Shown here: positions 1 through 9,277 of the stretch, piece by piece
Position numbering within the stretch: the first letter of the stretch is position 1
How the letters are laid out: each line of letters opens with the position of its first letter
Assembly (NCBI GenBank): GCA_964195615.1
Contig: CAXMSB010000159.1
Location: 1,747 to 65,746, forward strand
Length of the DNA: 64,000 nt
Source: an uncultured Granulosicoccus sp.
GTDB lineage: Bacteria > Planctomycetota > Planctomycetia > Pirellulales > Lacipirellulaceae
Reading direction: 5' to 3'
Program-made: the position numbers and the translations under genes
The notes under the pieces: model-generated
Database searches by the model: none
What the model saw: only the letters and a program-made list of their open reading frames with translations
What the model was told of the DNA's origin: nothing

Positions 1-1
1 A

Positions 2-949
2 GACACGGATATTGAAATCGCGGAATTCATCCATGACACGGATTTTCTCGATGGCATCCGCAAGCACACGCCAGAGCTGTACGAAGAACTGAAGGGCATC
101 GCGAAGGGTGCCGAGGTCGACTTCAACACGCTCTACGCCTTTCAAATGTTTGATGAGTTCGCCCTCTACTCGTCAAATAAGTATCGGCTTGCTCATCGCA
201 GCGGCCTGGGTGTGCATTCGCGGAAAGACATGCCGAACATCCTCGGCCAAAACAACGATTTGCCACGGTACTACGAAGGCACACATACGGTCTTGCGGAT
301 TAAGTATCCGGGCGGACACGAAGCGATTGTTTTTACTTGGGCTGGTTGTGTCGGACAGAACGGCGTCAATAACAGAAACCTCGGCGTCGTGATGAACATT
401 GTTCCGACCGCGAAAGGGACGGACCACGGTGTGCCGATGCCCTACATCATTCGCGGAGTTTTGGAAAGAAACAGTACCGATGAGGCGGTAAAATTCCTCA
501 AGAGTCTCGGTGGCTCGGCCGCCCCGATGAACTTCATTATCGGCGACGCGACCAAAGTCGTGACGGTGGAAAACACGGCTGACGGAGCCAAGGTCTTCGA
601 GAACTTCCATGGCGAAAACTGGGTGGCCCATACGAATCACCATCTTGACATCGATGTCTCGAGTCTCCCCGAAGGTGCCGTGTCCAAGTCCCTGCCGCGA
701 TATCAGTTTCTTGAAAAGGAACTCAAAGGGAAATCCAAGCTTGTTGATGCGGCACGAGTTAAAGAGATTTTCCGCACGCGGCCGGTCCTGAAAAACCTGG
801 TCACCGACCCCGGCTTCCCGACCATGGAAAGCATCGTCATTGAGCTGATCGAAGGGAACCCGCGCGTCCACATCGCTCCTGGTCCACCAGACTCGAACAA
901 ATACTCGACGTTTGATTTCAAGACGGGATATGTGAAGACAGAGGAGTAG
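2..949 (+). CDS. C45-family (AAT/Ntn hydrolase) peptidase, 5' end beyond window; predicted nucleophile is Arg instead of Cys
   Basis: Frame open from base 2. ELYEELKGIAKGAEV...QMFDEF, H-R-S-GLGV, GQNND, GVNNRNLGV, AHTNH and SLPRY follow the C45 pattern. Confidence 0.8.
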   Translation, partial: DTDIEIAEFIHDTDFLDGIRKHTPELYEELKGIAKGAEVDFNTLYAFQMFDEFALYSSNKYRLAHRSGLGVHSRKDMPNILGQNNDLPRYYEGTHTVLRIKYPGGHEAIVFTWAGCVGQNGVNNRNLGVVMNIVPTAKGTDHGVPMPYIIRGVLERNSTDEAVKFLKSLGGSAAPMNFIIGDATKVVTVENTADGAKVFENFHGENWVAHTNHHLDIDVSSLPEGAVSKSLPRYQFLEKELKGKSKLVDAARVKEIFRTRPVLKNLVTDPGFPTMESIVIELIEGNPRVHIAPGPPDSNKYSTFDFKTGYVKTEE

Positions 950-1027
950 TCCTTTGGCCGAGTCTCCTCGCACCTTCATTACTCGCGGGGGTGGATAAAA
1001 AGGGCCTAAATCGCGCGAGCGATCCGT

Positions 1028-1049
1028 AAGTCAGTCAACTGACTTTTTG
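1028..1049 (+). terminator. Rho-independent terminator after C45 gene
   Basis: AAGTCAG-TCAA-CTGACTT stem-loop running into a T tract. Confidence 0.6.
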
Positions 1050-1631
1050 TATTCCTTTTTTGCGATTGGAGAGTCCGATGAAGACAAAATTGTTGTAGCG
1101 ATCGATGTGCTCGACATGGCATCGGGCACTTCCGCTCTGGAGGCCGACGATCCGGGGGCGTACACCACCGACAAGTCACGTTATAACCGTTACAAGGCCA
1201 GCCTCGGCACCAGGCCAAAGACACCGATGACGTTGGATTCAACCTACGAATATGTGGCAATCTTGCCTCAGCATCGGCCGAACGGCGAAGCCTTCGAGTA
1301 CACATCCGTGAACACATTCGTCTGCGCCTGGCTGGTGGAACACGTGACCGGCCAGCCACTGGCCGAGGTGATCAGCCAGCGGATTTGGCAGAAGATGGGG
1401 GCCGAAAGCGACGCCATGATCATGATCTCGCCCCTCGGTGCACCTCACAACAGCTCGATTAACAGTACCCTCCGTGACCTTGGGCGTTACGGCCTGCTCT
1501 TCACGCCGAGTTGGAAGACCGTCGCCAAGGAGCAGGTGATCTCCGATGCGTACTTGAACAAGATCCAAAAAGGCGGACGGCCAGAGATCTTTGACACCCT
1601 CGGTCGGGTTACAATAACCGCCAAGAGCTAG
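1047..1631 (+). pseudogene. Internal fragment of a class C beta-lactamase/NylB-like serine hydrolase
   Basis: DVLDMASG, FEYTSVNTFV (Y-x-S), TLRDLGRYG. No SxxK N-terminus, and the C-terminus stops at the porin 3' end. Confidence 0.75.
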
Positions 1632-2995
1632 AACTCGCCTAGCAATCGAATCGTGAAGACGGATTGAAAGTCTTCATTGGGCGTCAGAGAAGGGTCGAAC
1701 CAGAATTGCACGCTGGGCGAAATCTGAATCAGCGGCGTAAGCTGCGTACGCCAGAATGTCTCGGCTACGTACTCATCACGTAAGAAAGGGTTCGTCGGGT
1801 CGGACCAACCAACCCCAACGCCCAACCAGTCCTCGGGAAACCCAAACGGGTTCTTCCAGACGATGCCCCCCGCCGCCGACTGCCTGACCGCAGGTTGCCG
1901 CTTGTCGGCCCTGTTGTACTTTGCAAACACGGCCCAGTCGTCACCCAGTGACTGTTCTGCGTTAACGCCCACAAAACGGGAATAGGTCGTAGACTCGGTC
2001 GCATCAATAGTGTGCAAGGCAACCTGATACTTGCCTCTGCCGAGGCAACCAATCTCTGGTTCGAACGCCACGTACGCACTCGACATGTAGTCGCCATGGA
2101 AGAACGAGTCGAAATCGAGGAAGTCGCCTTTTCCATTGGCGTCGGCAATAGCTCCACCAAGAAAGACGTTTTCATGGACTTCCGCAATAAGAGTCATGCC
2201 AACGCCCGCAGCAGGCACGGTTCGCGACGCCTCGTTGGAAAGCGGCGACGCGAGGAAAGCCCTGTTATCGTTTGCGTAAGGCAGTGCGTTGAACTGCGAA
2301 GTCGGCTCAATTTGTCCAATGCGGAAGTCAATGAGTCCGTCAACTAGCAGCTGTCGCCAGGCGACGGAACGAAAAAGGTCGGCGTTGCTGATGCTGTCGC
2401 TTGTGAACGAGCTGATGCCGAGTGATTGGGCGAAGTCGACGCCGCTAGTGCCATACTGACCGAGGTTAAGGTAGTGGAAGACAATTCCTCCCTGATTGGG
2501 CCCAGTTTGCCAAGTTGGCTTCCAGCCGATGAGAACATTGGTGTTGCCATTTCCTGTCTGGTCGCTGGGCGATCCCTGTGAGCCAAACTGACCGGCTGAC
2601 GCGTAGTAGACCAGGTAAGTGATGCCTGTTTCTCTGGCCAGGTCGATATTCCAGTCGGCGTAATCGACGATAGTCTGCTCGGGCACAATGTTGAAGAGGT
2701 GACCGAACGTACCAGCCGCAATTCTCTCCCTTTTAAGCTGCGTCTCCTCAAGTAGGTCAGCTGGGTCATAGTCGGGGCCTAACGCTTGACTCCAAGCATT
2801 GTTAACGTTTCCCAAGGCCAGTACGACCAAGAAGGCAAGGGCGATACGGATATACTTGGTCGCTTTCCACACCACTACGATCCCCAAACGGTATTCCCAG
2901 AATGCGTAGATAGACACAAGGGAGCTATCGGCATGTAGCCCGTAGACCGACCTGCTTGACTGACCTAACCGGCAGCACCCACAAAATCGGCTCAT
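1628..2995 (-). CDS. Carbohydrate-selective porin (OprB family); true start probably downstream of 2995
   Basis: Signal-like hydrophobic stretch, DFRIGQIEP, amphipathic beta strands, YVAETFWRTQLTP...ISPSVQ, C-terminal Phe. Confidence 0.8.
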   Translation of the reverse strand: MSRFCGCCRLGQSSRSVYGLHADSSLVSIYAFWEYRLGIVVVWKATKYIRIALAFLVVLALGNVNNAWSQALGPDYDPADLLEETQLKRERIAAGTFGHLFNIVPEQTIVDYADWNIDLARETGITYLVYYASAGQFGSQGSPSDQTGNGNTNVLIGWKPTWQTGPNQGGIVFHYLNLGQYGTSGVDFAQSLGISSFTSDSISNADLFRSVAWRQLLVDGLIDFRIGQIEPTSQFNALPYANDNRAFLASPLSNEASRTVPAAGVGMTLIAEVHENVFLGGAIADANGKGDFLDFDSFFHGDYMSSAYVAFEPEIGCLGRGKYQVALHTIDATESTTYSRFVGVNAEQSLGDDWAVFAKYNRADKRQPAVRQSAAGGIVWKNPFGFPEDWLGVGVGWSDPTNPFLRDEYVAETFWRTQLTPLIQISPSVQFWFDPSLTPNEDFQSVFTIRLLGEF

Positions 2996-3080
2996 TTTCC
3001 GAGTGGCTCTTGGGCGGCCCCCGCAAGGGGCAAGAGAGGCCGGCGGTGCCCGATCGGCCTCAAGAAACCATCACTGGCCA

Positions 3081-3132
3081 GCAGAACCATTCTGCTCGTA
3101 CAAGTACGAGTGGACTTGGTCCGCGACTTTGG
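3081..3132 (+). repeat. 52-bp direct repeat, copy 1
   Basis: 47/52 identical to 4154-4205; internal hairpins GCAGAA/TTCTGC and CTCGTAC/GTACGAG. Confidence 0.9.
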
Positions 3133-3189
3133 TAAGCCGCCTGCAGAATTGTGCCAGCTTGTCGTCGAGGTGGTTGGCCACGGTTCAAA

Positions 3190-3792
3190 CTAACTCCATT
3201 TACGCCGACAGTAACCCATACCCCACAGGCCGAGGGTGACGAGTAGGGCCGTTGTAGGTTCGGGAATATGCTCGGCGGAGTAAGAGATGGTCAGGGCGAC
3301 CGTGCCCGAGGGTGGCAGGTTGAAAGGACTGTCGATTGTTATCGTGATACTGTCGTCCGTATGGCCAACGCTAAAGGGGTAATTTCCTGGATTCGAAGAA
3401 ATGACGGCACCCGAAATAACTCCAGCAACGGGGCTGCCGCCTGCGTCCAGCCAGTCGAGATCGCTGAAGACCGCAGTGCCCGAAACATTCATGGCCCCCA
3501 CACCGACCAAATCTTGGACTGAGAGATCGATCGTCTCGGCTACTGGGTCAACGTCGATCGATATCTGCGCGAGCCCCAGATTTTCGTTCACTTCGTGGCC
3601 CGGATGGATCACCGTGAAAGAGTCGGAATAAGAAATCGGCAGAGTGCCTCCGCCAATTGGGTTAAGAACAGAGAAATTGACATCGACCTGAACGCTATCC
3701 CCGAGAAGGCTTGCGGTGGCCTCGGAAGCGTAGAAAAGTGTGAGCAATGTACCGAGCGCCAACCTGCGAAACAACTTCTGCTTGGAAATCAT
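3190..3792 (-). CDS. PEP-CTERM sorting-domain secreted protein
   Basis: Signal peptide; C-terminal IPEPTTALLVTLGLWGMGYCRRK. Confidence 0.9.
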   Translation of the reverse strand: MISKQKLFRRLALGTLLTLFYASEATASLLGDSVQVDVNFSVLNPIGGGTLPISYSDSFTVIHPGHEVNENLGLAQISIDVDPVAETIDLSVQDLVGVGAMNVSGTAVFSDLDWLDAGGSPVAGVISGAVISSNPGNYPFSVGHTDDSITITIDSPFNLPPSGTVALTISYSAEHIPEPTTALLVTLGLWGMGYCRRKWS

Positions 3793-3865
3793 AAATTCAA
3801 CTCCTGGGTGTCAATCGAAATGTATTTTCTTAATTGAAGACTGCTCAAAGAAATAGCTACAACAA

Positions 3866-3938
3866 AACGACCTCTCAATCGTTCCTACGGTCGACCGACG
3901 TGCGTCTCGGCCCTGGTAGAAGAAATTGAGAGGTCGTT
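3866..3938 (-). promoter_or_regulatory. Long leader hairpin (terminator/attenuator-like) upstream of PEP-CTERM gene
   Basis: 14-bp perfect stem 3866-3879/3925-3938 with inner stems; followed by TTTTGTT on the minus strand. Confidence 0.45.
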
Positions 3939-4153
3939 ATTCGATTAGCGTTTCTACTGAGTGTTTTGCTTATCTGCTGGAAATTAGCGGCTGAGGCTTG
4001 AGCATAGTTGCCCTGTGCTATTTGTCAATGTTATTTTGCGACAATAGGGCAATTTCCCCCAAGTCGCGGCAATATCGGCCAACGCACTTCACCAGACCAC
4101 GGCGGAGCTCACGCCCGCTGTTAGAAACTGCATCCTGCCAAGTGCAGACGCCG

Positions 4154-4205
4154 GCAGAACCATTCTGCTCGATCGGGTACGAGTGGACTTGGTCAGCGAC
4201 TTTGG
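4154..4205 (+). repeat. 52-bp direct repeat, copy 2
   Basis: Matches 3081-3132. Confidence 0.9.
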
Positions 4206-4308
4206 CAGAGGCGAATCGGAGCTCGAGAGTTGCTGAATAAGTGAAGCACTCGATAACTGAGAACAAAGAGCTCCCGCCCGGCTCTGCAGAATACCTTGGA
4301 TCGACGAC

Positions 4309-4381
4309 TGTAGGAGGCGTCTCCGATGGCGATCTTATCCAGCAATCCAGCCGGCTATCGCCCTCGGAGAGGCCTCCTACA
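4309..4381. repeat. REP doublet (REPIN), family A
   Basis: TGTAGGAGGCGTCTCCGATGGCGAT ... ATCGCCCTCGGAGAGGCCTCCTACA; same unit at 8291, 13563, 26581. Confidence 0.9.
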
Positions 4382-4460
4382 ACAGGTTCTCTACTGAGCC
4401 CTCCCGCCCCCTTCACTTGGCCAAGCAGGAGGACTGCAAGAGTCGATTCTTGGCCCTGCT

Positions 4461-4544
4461 GTCATTCCGAGGTCTGCCGAGGAATCTCCCTCGCGGTGCG
4501 GGTTAACAGGGCCAAGGAGATCCTTCGGCAGACCTCAGGATGAC
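4461..4544. repeat. 28-bp imperfect inverted repeat (GTCATTCC...GGATGAC type)
   Basis: GTCATTCCGAGGTCTGCCGAGGAATCTC / GAGATCCTTCGGCAGACCTCAGGATGAC, then a T tract. Confidence 0.8.
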
Positions 4545-5022
4545 ACTTTTTGACTTTGCAGCTCTCCTGTTTGGCAAAGCCAAATACTTGCAACTCAGTT
4601 TGGCTTGTGTACAATCGTGGCTAATGGATATAACGCTTGATGCTGCCGGCAACAGTCCGATTCGAACAAAGAAACCACTGATGTTCCGTGCTTATGCATG
4701 GAGTGCCAGTGGTTATTTCGTTTAGCATTCTCCAATCAGCTTATCGACTGCGACAGAGCTCCCATGCATCATGGCAATCCACGCCCTCCTGGGTGTGGTC
4801 AGAGTTCAATAGGTTTCGCCACCTGAAGGAAATTCGAACCGACGATTGACCAACAACACACGTAGCGACAACCGACAGGTTCTTGCCTTCTGAGGAGGCA
4901 AGACATTTCGTGCCCCTCTGGGGCTTATTCTGAAAGCTACCGGCTCTGCCGGTGGTTCCTTGACTGTTCATCGACGAATGATGACAGTAACCAATGCGAA
5001 TTCGCAGAATTGAGAGTGCTTT

Positions 5023-5619
5023 ATGTATCGAAGTATGATGATTTCGGGTCTTGTGTACGGTTTCATTGCCGGTTCGGTCGCCTACGGCGGATCAGTGAGT
5101 TGGAACTTCCAGGGCATTCCATTCGACGCCATTTTTTCGGGCACTAGTTTTACAACATCGGACTCGGTATCCGGATCGATGACGATTCTAGACCCCCAAG
5201 CATCGGGAAGCTGCACTGGTCTTGGGGCCGGTCCTACTGATTGCAACGTGACTGCAATTTCAATGACTGCGGCTTCCTCAACGACACCGGTATCTTTCTC
5301 GGGTTTGGCGCACGCAAACAGTTCAGCTTCGTGGACCTTCACTTTCGATGCAAGCAATAACATAACAGCTTATGCTTTGGAGTTTGTCGGAGACGTAGCC
5401 GGCGGGGCGGCGGCCGATATTATTGCCGTTCAATCGAGTCAGGTACTAAATGCGTTTCAGATCGACGCAATTCTTGATCTTAGCCACGAAGGGGTGGTTG
5501 GTTCGAACAATCCAGGGACATGGACGATCGTTCCCGAACCGGGCGGTACATCGTTGGCGCTGTGTGCCTTAGGAATGATGAGCGCTGTTCGCGGTCGCAT
5601 GAGAAGACGTTCGAGATAG
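5023..5619 (+). CDS. PEP-CTERM sorting-domain secreted protein
   Basis: Signal peptide; VPEPGGTSLALCALGMMSAVRGRMRRR. Confidence 0.9.
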   Translation: MYRSMMISGLVYGFIAGSVAYGGSVSWNFQGIPFDAIFSGTSFTTSDSVSGSMTILDPQASGSCTGLGAGPTDCNVTAISMTAASSTTPVSFSGLAHANSSASWTFTFDASNNITAYALEFVGDVAGGAAADIIAVQSSQVLNAFQIDAILDLSHEGVVGSNNPGTWTIVPEPGGTSLALCALGMMSAVRGRMRRRSR

Positions 5620-5641
5620 ATGCCGGCTTTGGGGGTCAGTC

Positions 5642-5714
5642 TGTAGGGTGCGTGGAGTGATCACGCAGCGCACCTCTTTCCCTGGTGCGTTGCGCTGTGC
5701 TTCACGCACGCTAC
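5642..5714. repeat. Degenerate GTAG-type REP doublet
   Basis: TGTAGGGTGCGTG...GCAGCGCACC / GGTGCGTTGCG...CACGCACGCTAC between convergent genes. Confidence 0.7.
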
Positions 5715-5727
5715 GAATTGCAGACGC

Positions 5728-7704
5728 CTACATCCGCTCGACGACTTCGATCCCCAGCAAGTCCAACCCCCGGGCGATCGTGCGGGCGGTCAGGTCGCAC
5801 AGCAACAAGCGACTGGTGCGCAACTCGTCGCTTTCGGCTTTTAGCACCGGGCAGTGCTCGAAGAATTCAGAATAGCGGCTGGCCAACTCGAAGAGGTACG
5901 TGGTGAGGTGGTTGGGGCGATAGTCCTCGACTACGCGGGCGAGCGTTTCGCTCAGTTGTAGAATTGCCAGGGCCAAGGCGCGTTCGGCCGGGTGGTCGAG
6001 AATGAGCGGCTCTCGGCCGTCGCGCAGTGACTCGGCCTCGACGCCCCCGCGAGCAAAAATGCTGCGCACGCGGGCGTAGCTGTATTGCATGTAGGCGGCC
6101 GTGTTGCCGGTCATGGCTAGCATTTTGTCGTAGCTGAAAACGTAGTCGCTGGTGCGATTGTGGGCCAGGTCGGCATATTTTATCGCGCCGATGCCGATTC
6201 GTTGGGCGACCGTGTGCCGATCTTCTCTGTCCAACAGCGGTTCGGGTCGAGCGTCGTCGTTGTCGGAAACGATTCGGAAGGCCCGCTCGACCGCTTCGTC
6301 GAGCAACCCCGTCAGGCCGACCGCCGAGCCGGTGCGGGTTTTGTAAGGCCGACCGTCTTCGCCGAGCACGGTGCCGAAGCGGACGTGTCGGAGTTCCACT
6401 TCTGTCGTGCCCGCCAGCCGCACGGTGGCGAACATTTGCTCGAAATGCAGCGACTGACGGTGGTCGACCACGTAGATGATTGCGTCGGGCGACCACTCGC
6501 GCATCCGATACTCGACCGTGGCCAGATCGGTGGTGGCGTAGAGAAACGCTCCGTCTCTCTTCTGCACGATCAGTGGCGCGTCGTAGCCATCGAGAAACAC
6601 GCACATCGCCCCGTCACTCTCGCGCACCAAACCTTTTTCTGTTAGGTCGGCGACCACACCGGCCAGGCGTCCCTCATAAAAACTTTCGCCGAGGGTGTGG
6701 TCGAACGAGACGCCCAGGCGGTCGTAGGTGGCGTCGATCTCGGCGAGGCAGGGCGGCAGGAATCTCTCCCAGAGTGCTCGGTTGGTGGAATCGCCCGCGT
6801 GCAGGGCGGCCGTTTCGGCCAGCACGGCGCGGCCGATCTCGGCGTGCTCGGCGGCCAGCTTCGAGAGATGCGAGTCGTCGTCGACCACGAGCACTTGCCT
6901 GCGCAAGACGTCGAGCTTCTTCCGCACGTCGGCCAACTGGTTCTCAGCTTGCCGCAGACGTTTGTCGACTTGCTTCTGCTCCTTGGGATCCTCGAGGATC
7001 GTCGCGTCGTGCATCTGTTCCAGATTCACGGCATGGCCGACGATTTGTTGCTCAAACGCGGGAATCTTGTTGTTGATCGCGTCGTGATACTCGACCAATT
7101 GATTAACCAGCTTGTAGAGCCGGCTTAGCTCGGCGACCGGCTCAGCGGCGAGCGCCGGCTCGTCGACGAAATGCTTATAGCCGTAGATGATCATGCCGAA
7201 CTGGGTGCCCCAATCGCCGATGTGATTGTCGCTAATCACCTTGTGGCCCAGAAACCGCAGCACGCGGCACAGCGCGTCGCCGATCACGGTCGAGCGAATG
7301 TGCCCCACGTGCATCGGCTTGGCCACGTTGGGCGACGAAAAGTCGAGCACGTAGGTCCGCGGCTGGGCGGCAGGCGCGATGGCCAGTTGCGTCTGGTCGA
7401 CGGCCACGTTTTGCAGTTGCTCGACGAGCCAGTCGCGTTTCAGACGGAGATTGACGAACCCGGGGCCGGCGATCTCGGGCGGCTCGCACATGTCGGCTAC
7501 GTCGAGGGCGGCGACCAACTGTTGGGCGATCTTCCGCGGCGCCTGGCCCAGTTGTTTGCCCAGCGGCATGGCGCAGTTGGCCTGGTAGTCGCCGAATTTT
7601 GCATCTTGGCTCGGCAATACCATTTCCGCGAACCGACCCGCCTCGGCATCCAACGACTCCAGGGCCGTCTTGAATCTATCGCGAAGTTCGACGAGCGTGT
7701 TCAT
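5728..7704 (-). CDS. argS: Arginine--tRNA ligase
   Basis: FGDYQAN, DFSSPNVAKPMHVGHIRST, HIGDWGTQFG, KYADL, GNTAAYMQY; C-terminal ERM. Confidence 0.98.
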   Translation of the reverse strand: MNTLVELRDRFKTALESLDAEAGRFAEMVLPSQDAKFGDYQANCAMPLGKQLGQAPRKIAQQLVAALDVADMCEPPEIAGPGFVNLRLKRDWLVEQLQNVAVDQTQLAIAPAAQPRTYVLDFSSPNVAKPMHVGHIRSTVIGDALCRVLRFLGHKVISDNHIGDWGTQFGMIIYGYKHFVDEPALAAEPVAELSRLYKLVNQLVEYHDAINNKIPAFEQQIVGHAVNLEQMHDATILEDPKEQKQVDKRLRQAENQLADVRKKLDVLRRQVLVVDDDSHLSKLAAEHAEIGRAVLAETAALHAGDSTNRALWERFLPPCLAEIDATYDRLGVSFDHTLGESFYEGRLAGVVADLTEKGLVRESDGAMCVFLDGYDAPLIVQKRDGAFLYATTDLATVEYRMREWSPDAIIYVVDHRQSLHFEQMFATVRLAGTTEVELRHVRFGTVLGEDGRPYKTRTGSAVGLTGLLDEAVERAFRIVSDNDDARPEPLLDREDRHTVAQRIGIGAIKYADLAHNRTSDYVFSYDKMLAMTGNTAAYMQYSYARVRSIFARGGVEAESLRDGREPLILDHPAERALALAILQLSETLARVVEDYRPNHLTTYLFELASRYSEFFEHCPVLKAESDELRTSRLLLCDLTARTIARGLDLLGIEVVERM

Positions 7705-7735
7705 CAGTGCGGTGGGGTCTTCCTAAGGCGGGTGG

Positions 7736-8170
7736 TCATTCCCGGTCGCCCTCGGCTGCTTCCTCGGCAGCCGTGTCGGATTTCTCCTGCCAGGGCAGGT
7801 GGACCTGGGGGGCTTCGCTCCAGAATTGCTCCAGGGCGTAGTAGTCGCGAGTTTCGCTGTCGAACAGATGGATCACCACGTTGCCGTAGTCCAGCAGAAT
7901 CCAACGGCTTTCGTTGTAGCCTTCGATCCCCATCCGCTGGTCGCCCAGCTCGTCTTCCAGACAGTGGTCGATCTCTTCGCTGATGGCGTGCAGTTGCCGA
8001 CGGCTGGTGCCGGTGACGATCACAAAGTAGTCGAACACCGGGGTAATCTCGCGCATGTCGAGCACCACGATGTTCTCGCCCCGATTGTCCTCGGCCGTGC
8101 GCGCCGCGGCCAGGGCCAACTTCAGACTGCGCTCGGCAGCCGGTTCAGCGGTGGAAGTCGATTCGGAAAT
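7736..8170 (-). CDS. rsfS: Ribosome silencing factor (start uncertain)
   Basis: IVVLDMREITPVFDYFVIVTGTSRRQ, WILLDYGNVVIHLF...RDYYALE. The ORF-track start at 8359 lies inside a REP. Confidence 0.92.
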   Translation of the reverse strand: MSESTSTAEPAAERSLKLALAAARTAEDNRGENIVVLDMREITPVFDYFVIVTGTSRRQLHAISEEIDHCLEDELGDQRMGIEGYNESRWILLDYGNVVIHLFDSETRDYYALEQFWSEAPQVHLPWQEKSDTAAEEAAEGDRE

Positions 8171-8290
8171 GGCTTTTCTCTTCTGTCGGAAGGCAAGGTG
8201 GGCGAAAGCCCGACATTCTACCCGACACCTGCCGTCATCGGCTAGTGCCTGTGGCACACGGCAACTTTCGGTTTCCGGCTTGCTTTGCTC

Positions 8291-8360
8291 TGTGGGAGGC
8301 GTCTCCGACGGCGACCTGAGGCAAAACGGAAGACGGTCGCCGTCGGAGACGCCTCCCACA
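8291..8360. repeat. REP doublet, family A
   Basis: 25-bp arms TGTGGGAGGCGTCTCCGACGGCGAC / GTCGCCGTCGGAGACGCCTCCCACA. Confidence 0.92.
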
Positions 8361-8371
8361 TGCGTGCCACA

Positions 8372-9277
8372 CTACTCTTTGGTCATCAGAAAAGCGAAAA
8401 TATCGTGTAGCTGTTTGACGGTGAGCATCTCCGACATGTTGTTGGGCATCAGCGAGGTGTCGAGCGCCAGTGTTTCTTCCAGATCGCGTTTGTCGAGGGA
8501 ATGGAATCGCCCGTCCTGCTCGCGGATTTGTACGCTGAAGTTTGTTTCGTTGATCCGCAAGCCGGTAATCGTCTTTCCAGCTTCGGTCAGCACCATCACT
8601 TGTTCGTACTGTGGATCGATGTCTTGCGAGGGGTTGACGATCGATTCCATGATGTATTGGGCCGAGCGACGGCTGGCGATGCGATCGAGCGAAGGGCCGA
8701 TTCCTCCGCCGCGACGGTCCAAGGCATGGCATTTGTTGCAGGTGAATTGCGATTTGGCGTCGAAGAACAGTTTTTCGCCCGCGACCGGCTCGCCTTCGGC
8801 ATACGGTATCCAGGTGTCGTCGCCCACCGAACGGGCCAGGCTACGGACGTAGGCGATGATCTTGCCGATCTGTTCCGGCTTAAGTGATTCGCCCAGTTTC
8901 TTCATTGTTGTGCCGGGCACTCCTCTCTCGATGATGCCGGAGACCGCCTTGTCGGTGCCGTCGCCGTGTAGCCAGCGGTCGTCGGTCAGGTCGGGTCCCT
9001 TGCCGCCGCGGGCCGCCCCGCCGTGGCAGCCGCTGCACAACCCGCGGAACATCGATTTTCCTTCGTCGAGCGCGTCCTGATTCTCCATGTACCGAGCCGA
9101 GAGGCTTCTACCTTCCAGCGGTGCCGCAGCCTCGGCTTCTTCCGCGCCGGCGTTCTGCTGCGCCAAGCCACTGTTGGCAGAGCAGTAAACGGCAAACACT
9201 CCAATAACGGCCCAAATCAATGCTAGTCGATGGTGCTTCATCAAGGTTGTCTTCACAATCGTGTTAAACAGATTCAT
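8372..9277 (-). CDS. Diheme c-type cytochrome, likely electron acceptor of the PQQ dehydrogenase
   Basis: CSGCH and CNKCH, GPDLT/GPSLD, SLMP; signal peptide; ATGA overlap with upstream gene. Confidence 0.88.
   Translation of the reverse strand: MNLFNTIVKTTLMKHHRLALIWAVIGVFAVYCSANSGLAQQNAGAEEAEAAAPLEGRSLSARYMENQDALDEGKSMFRGLCSGCHGGAARGGKGPDLTDDRWLHGDGTDKAVSGIIERGVPGTTMKKLGESLKPEQIGKIIAYVRSLARSVGDDTWIPYAEGEPVAGEKLFFDAKSQFTCNKCHALDRRGGGIGPSLDRIASRRSAQYIMESIVNPSQDIDPQYEQVMVLTEAGKTITGLRINETNFSVQIREQDGRFHSLDKRDLEETLALDTSLMPNNMSEMLTVKQLHDIFAFLMTKE

Noticed and set aside
7171-7983. 270-aa ORF and similar long antisense ORFs (e.g. 19817-21016, 23120-24271, 37718-39016, 52335-53717, 54936-56366)
   Set aside because: Each overlaps a confidently identified gene on the opposite strand.
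7736-8359. 207-aa RsfS with long N-terminal extension
   Set aside because: The predicted start lies inside a REP; the extension translates repeat DNA.
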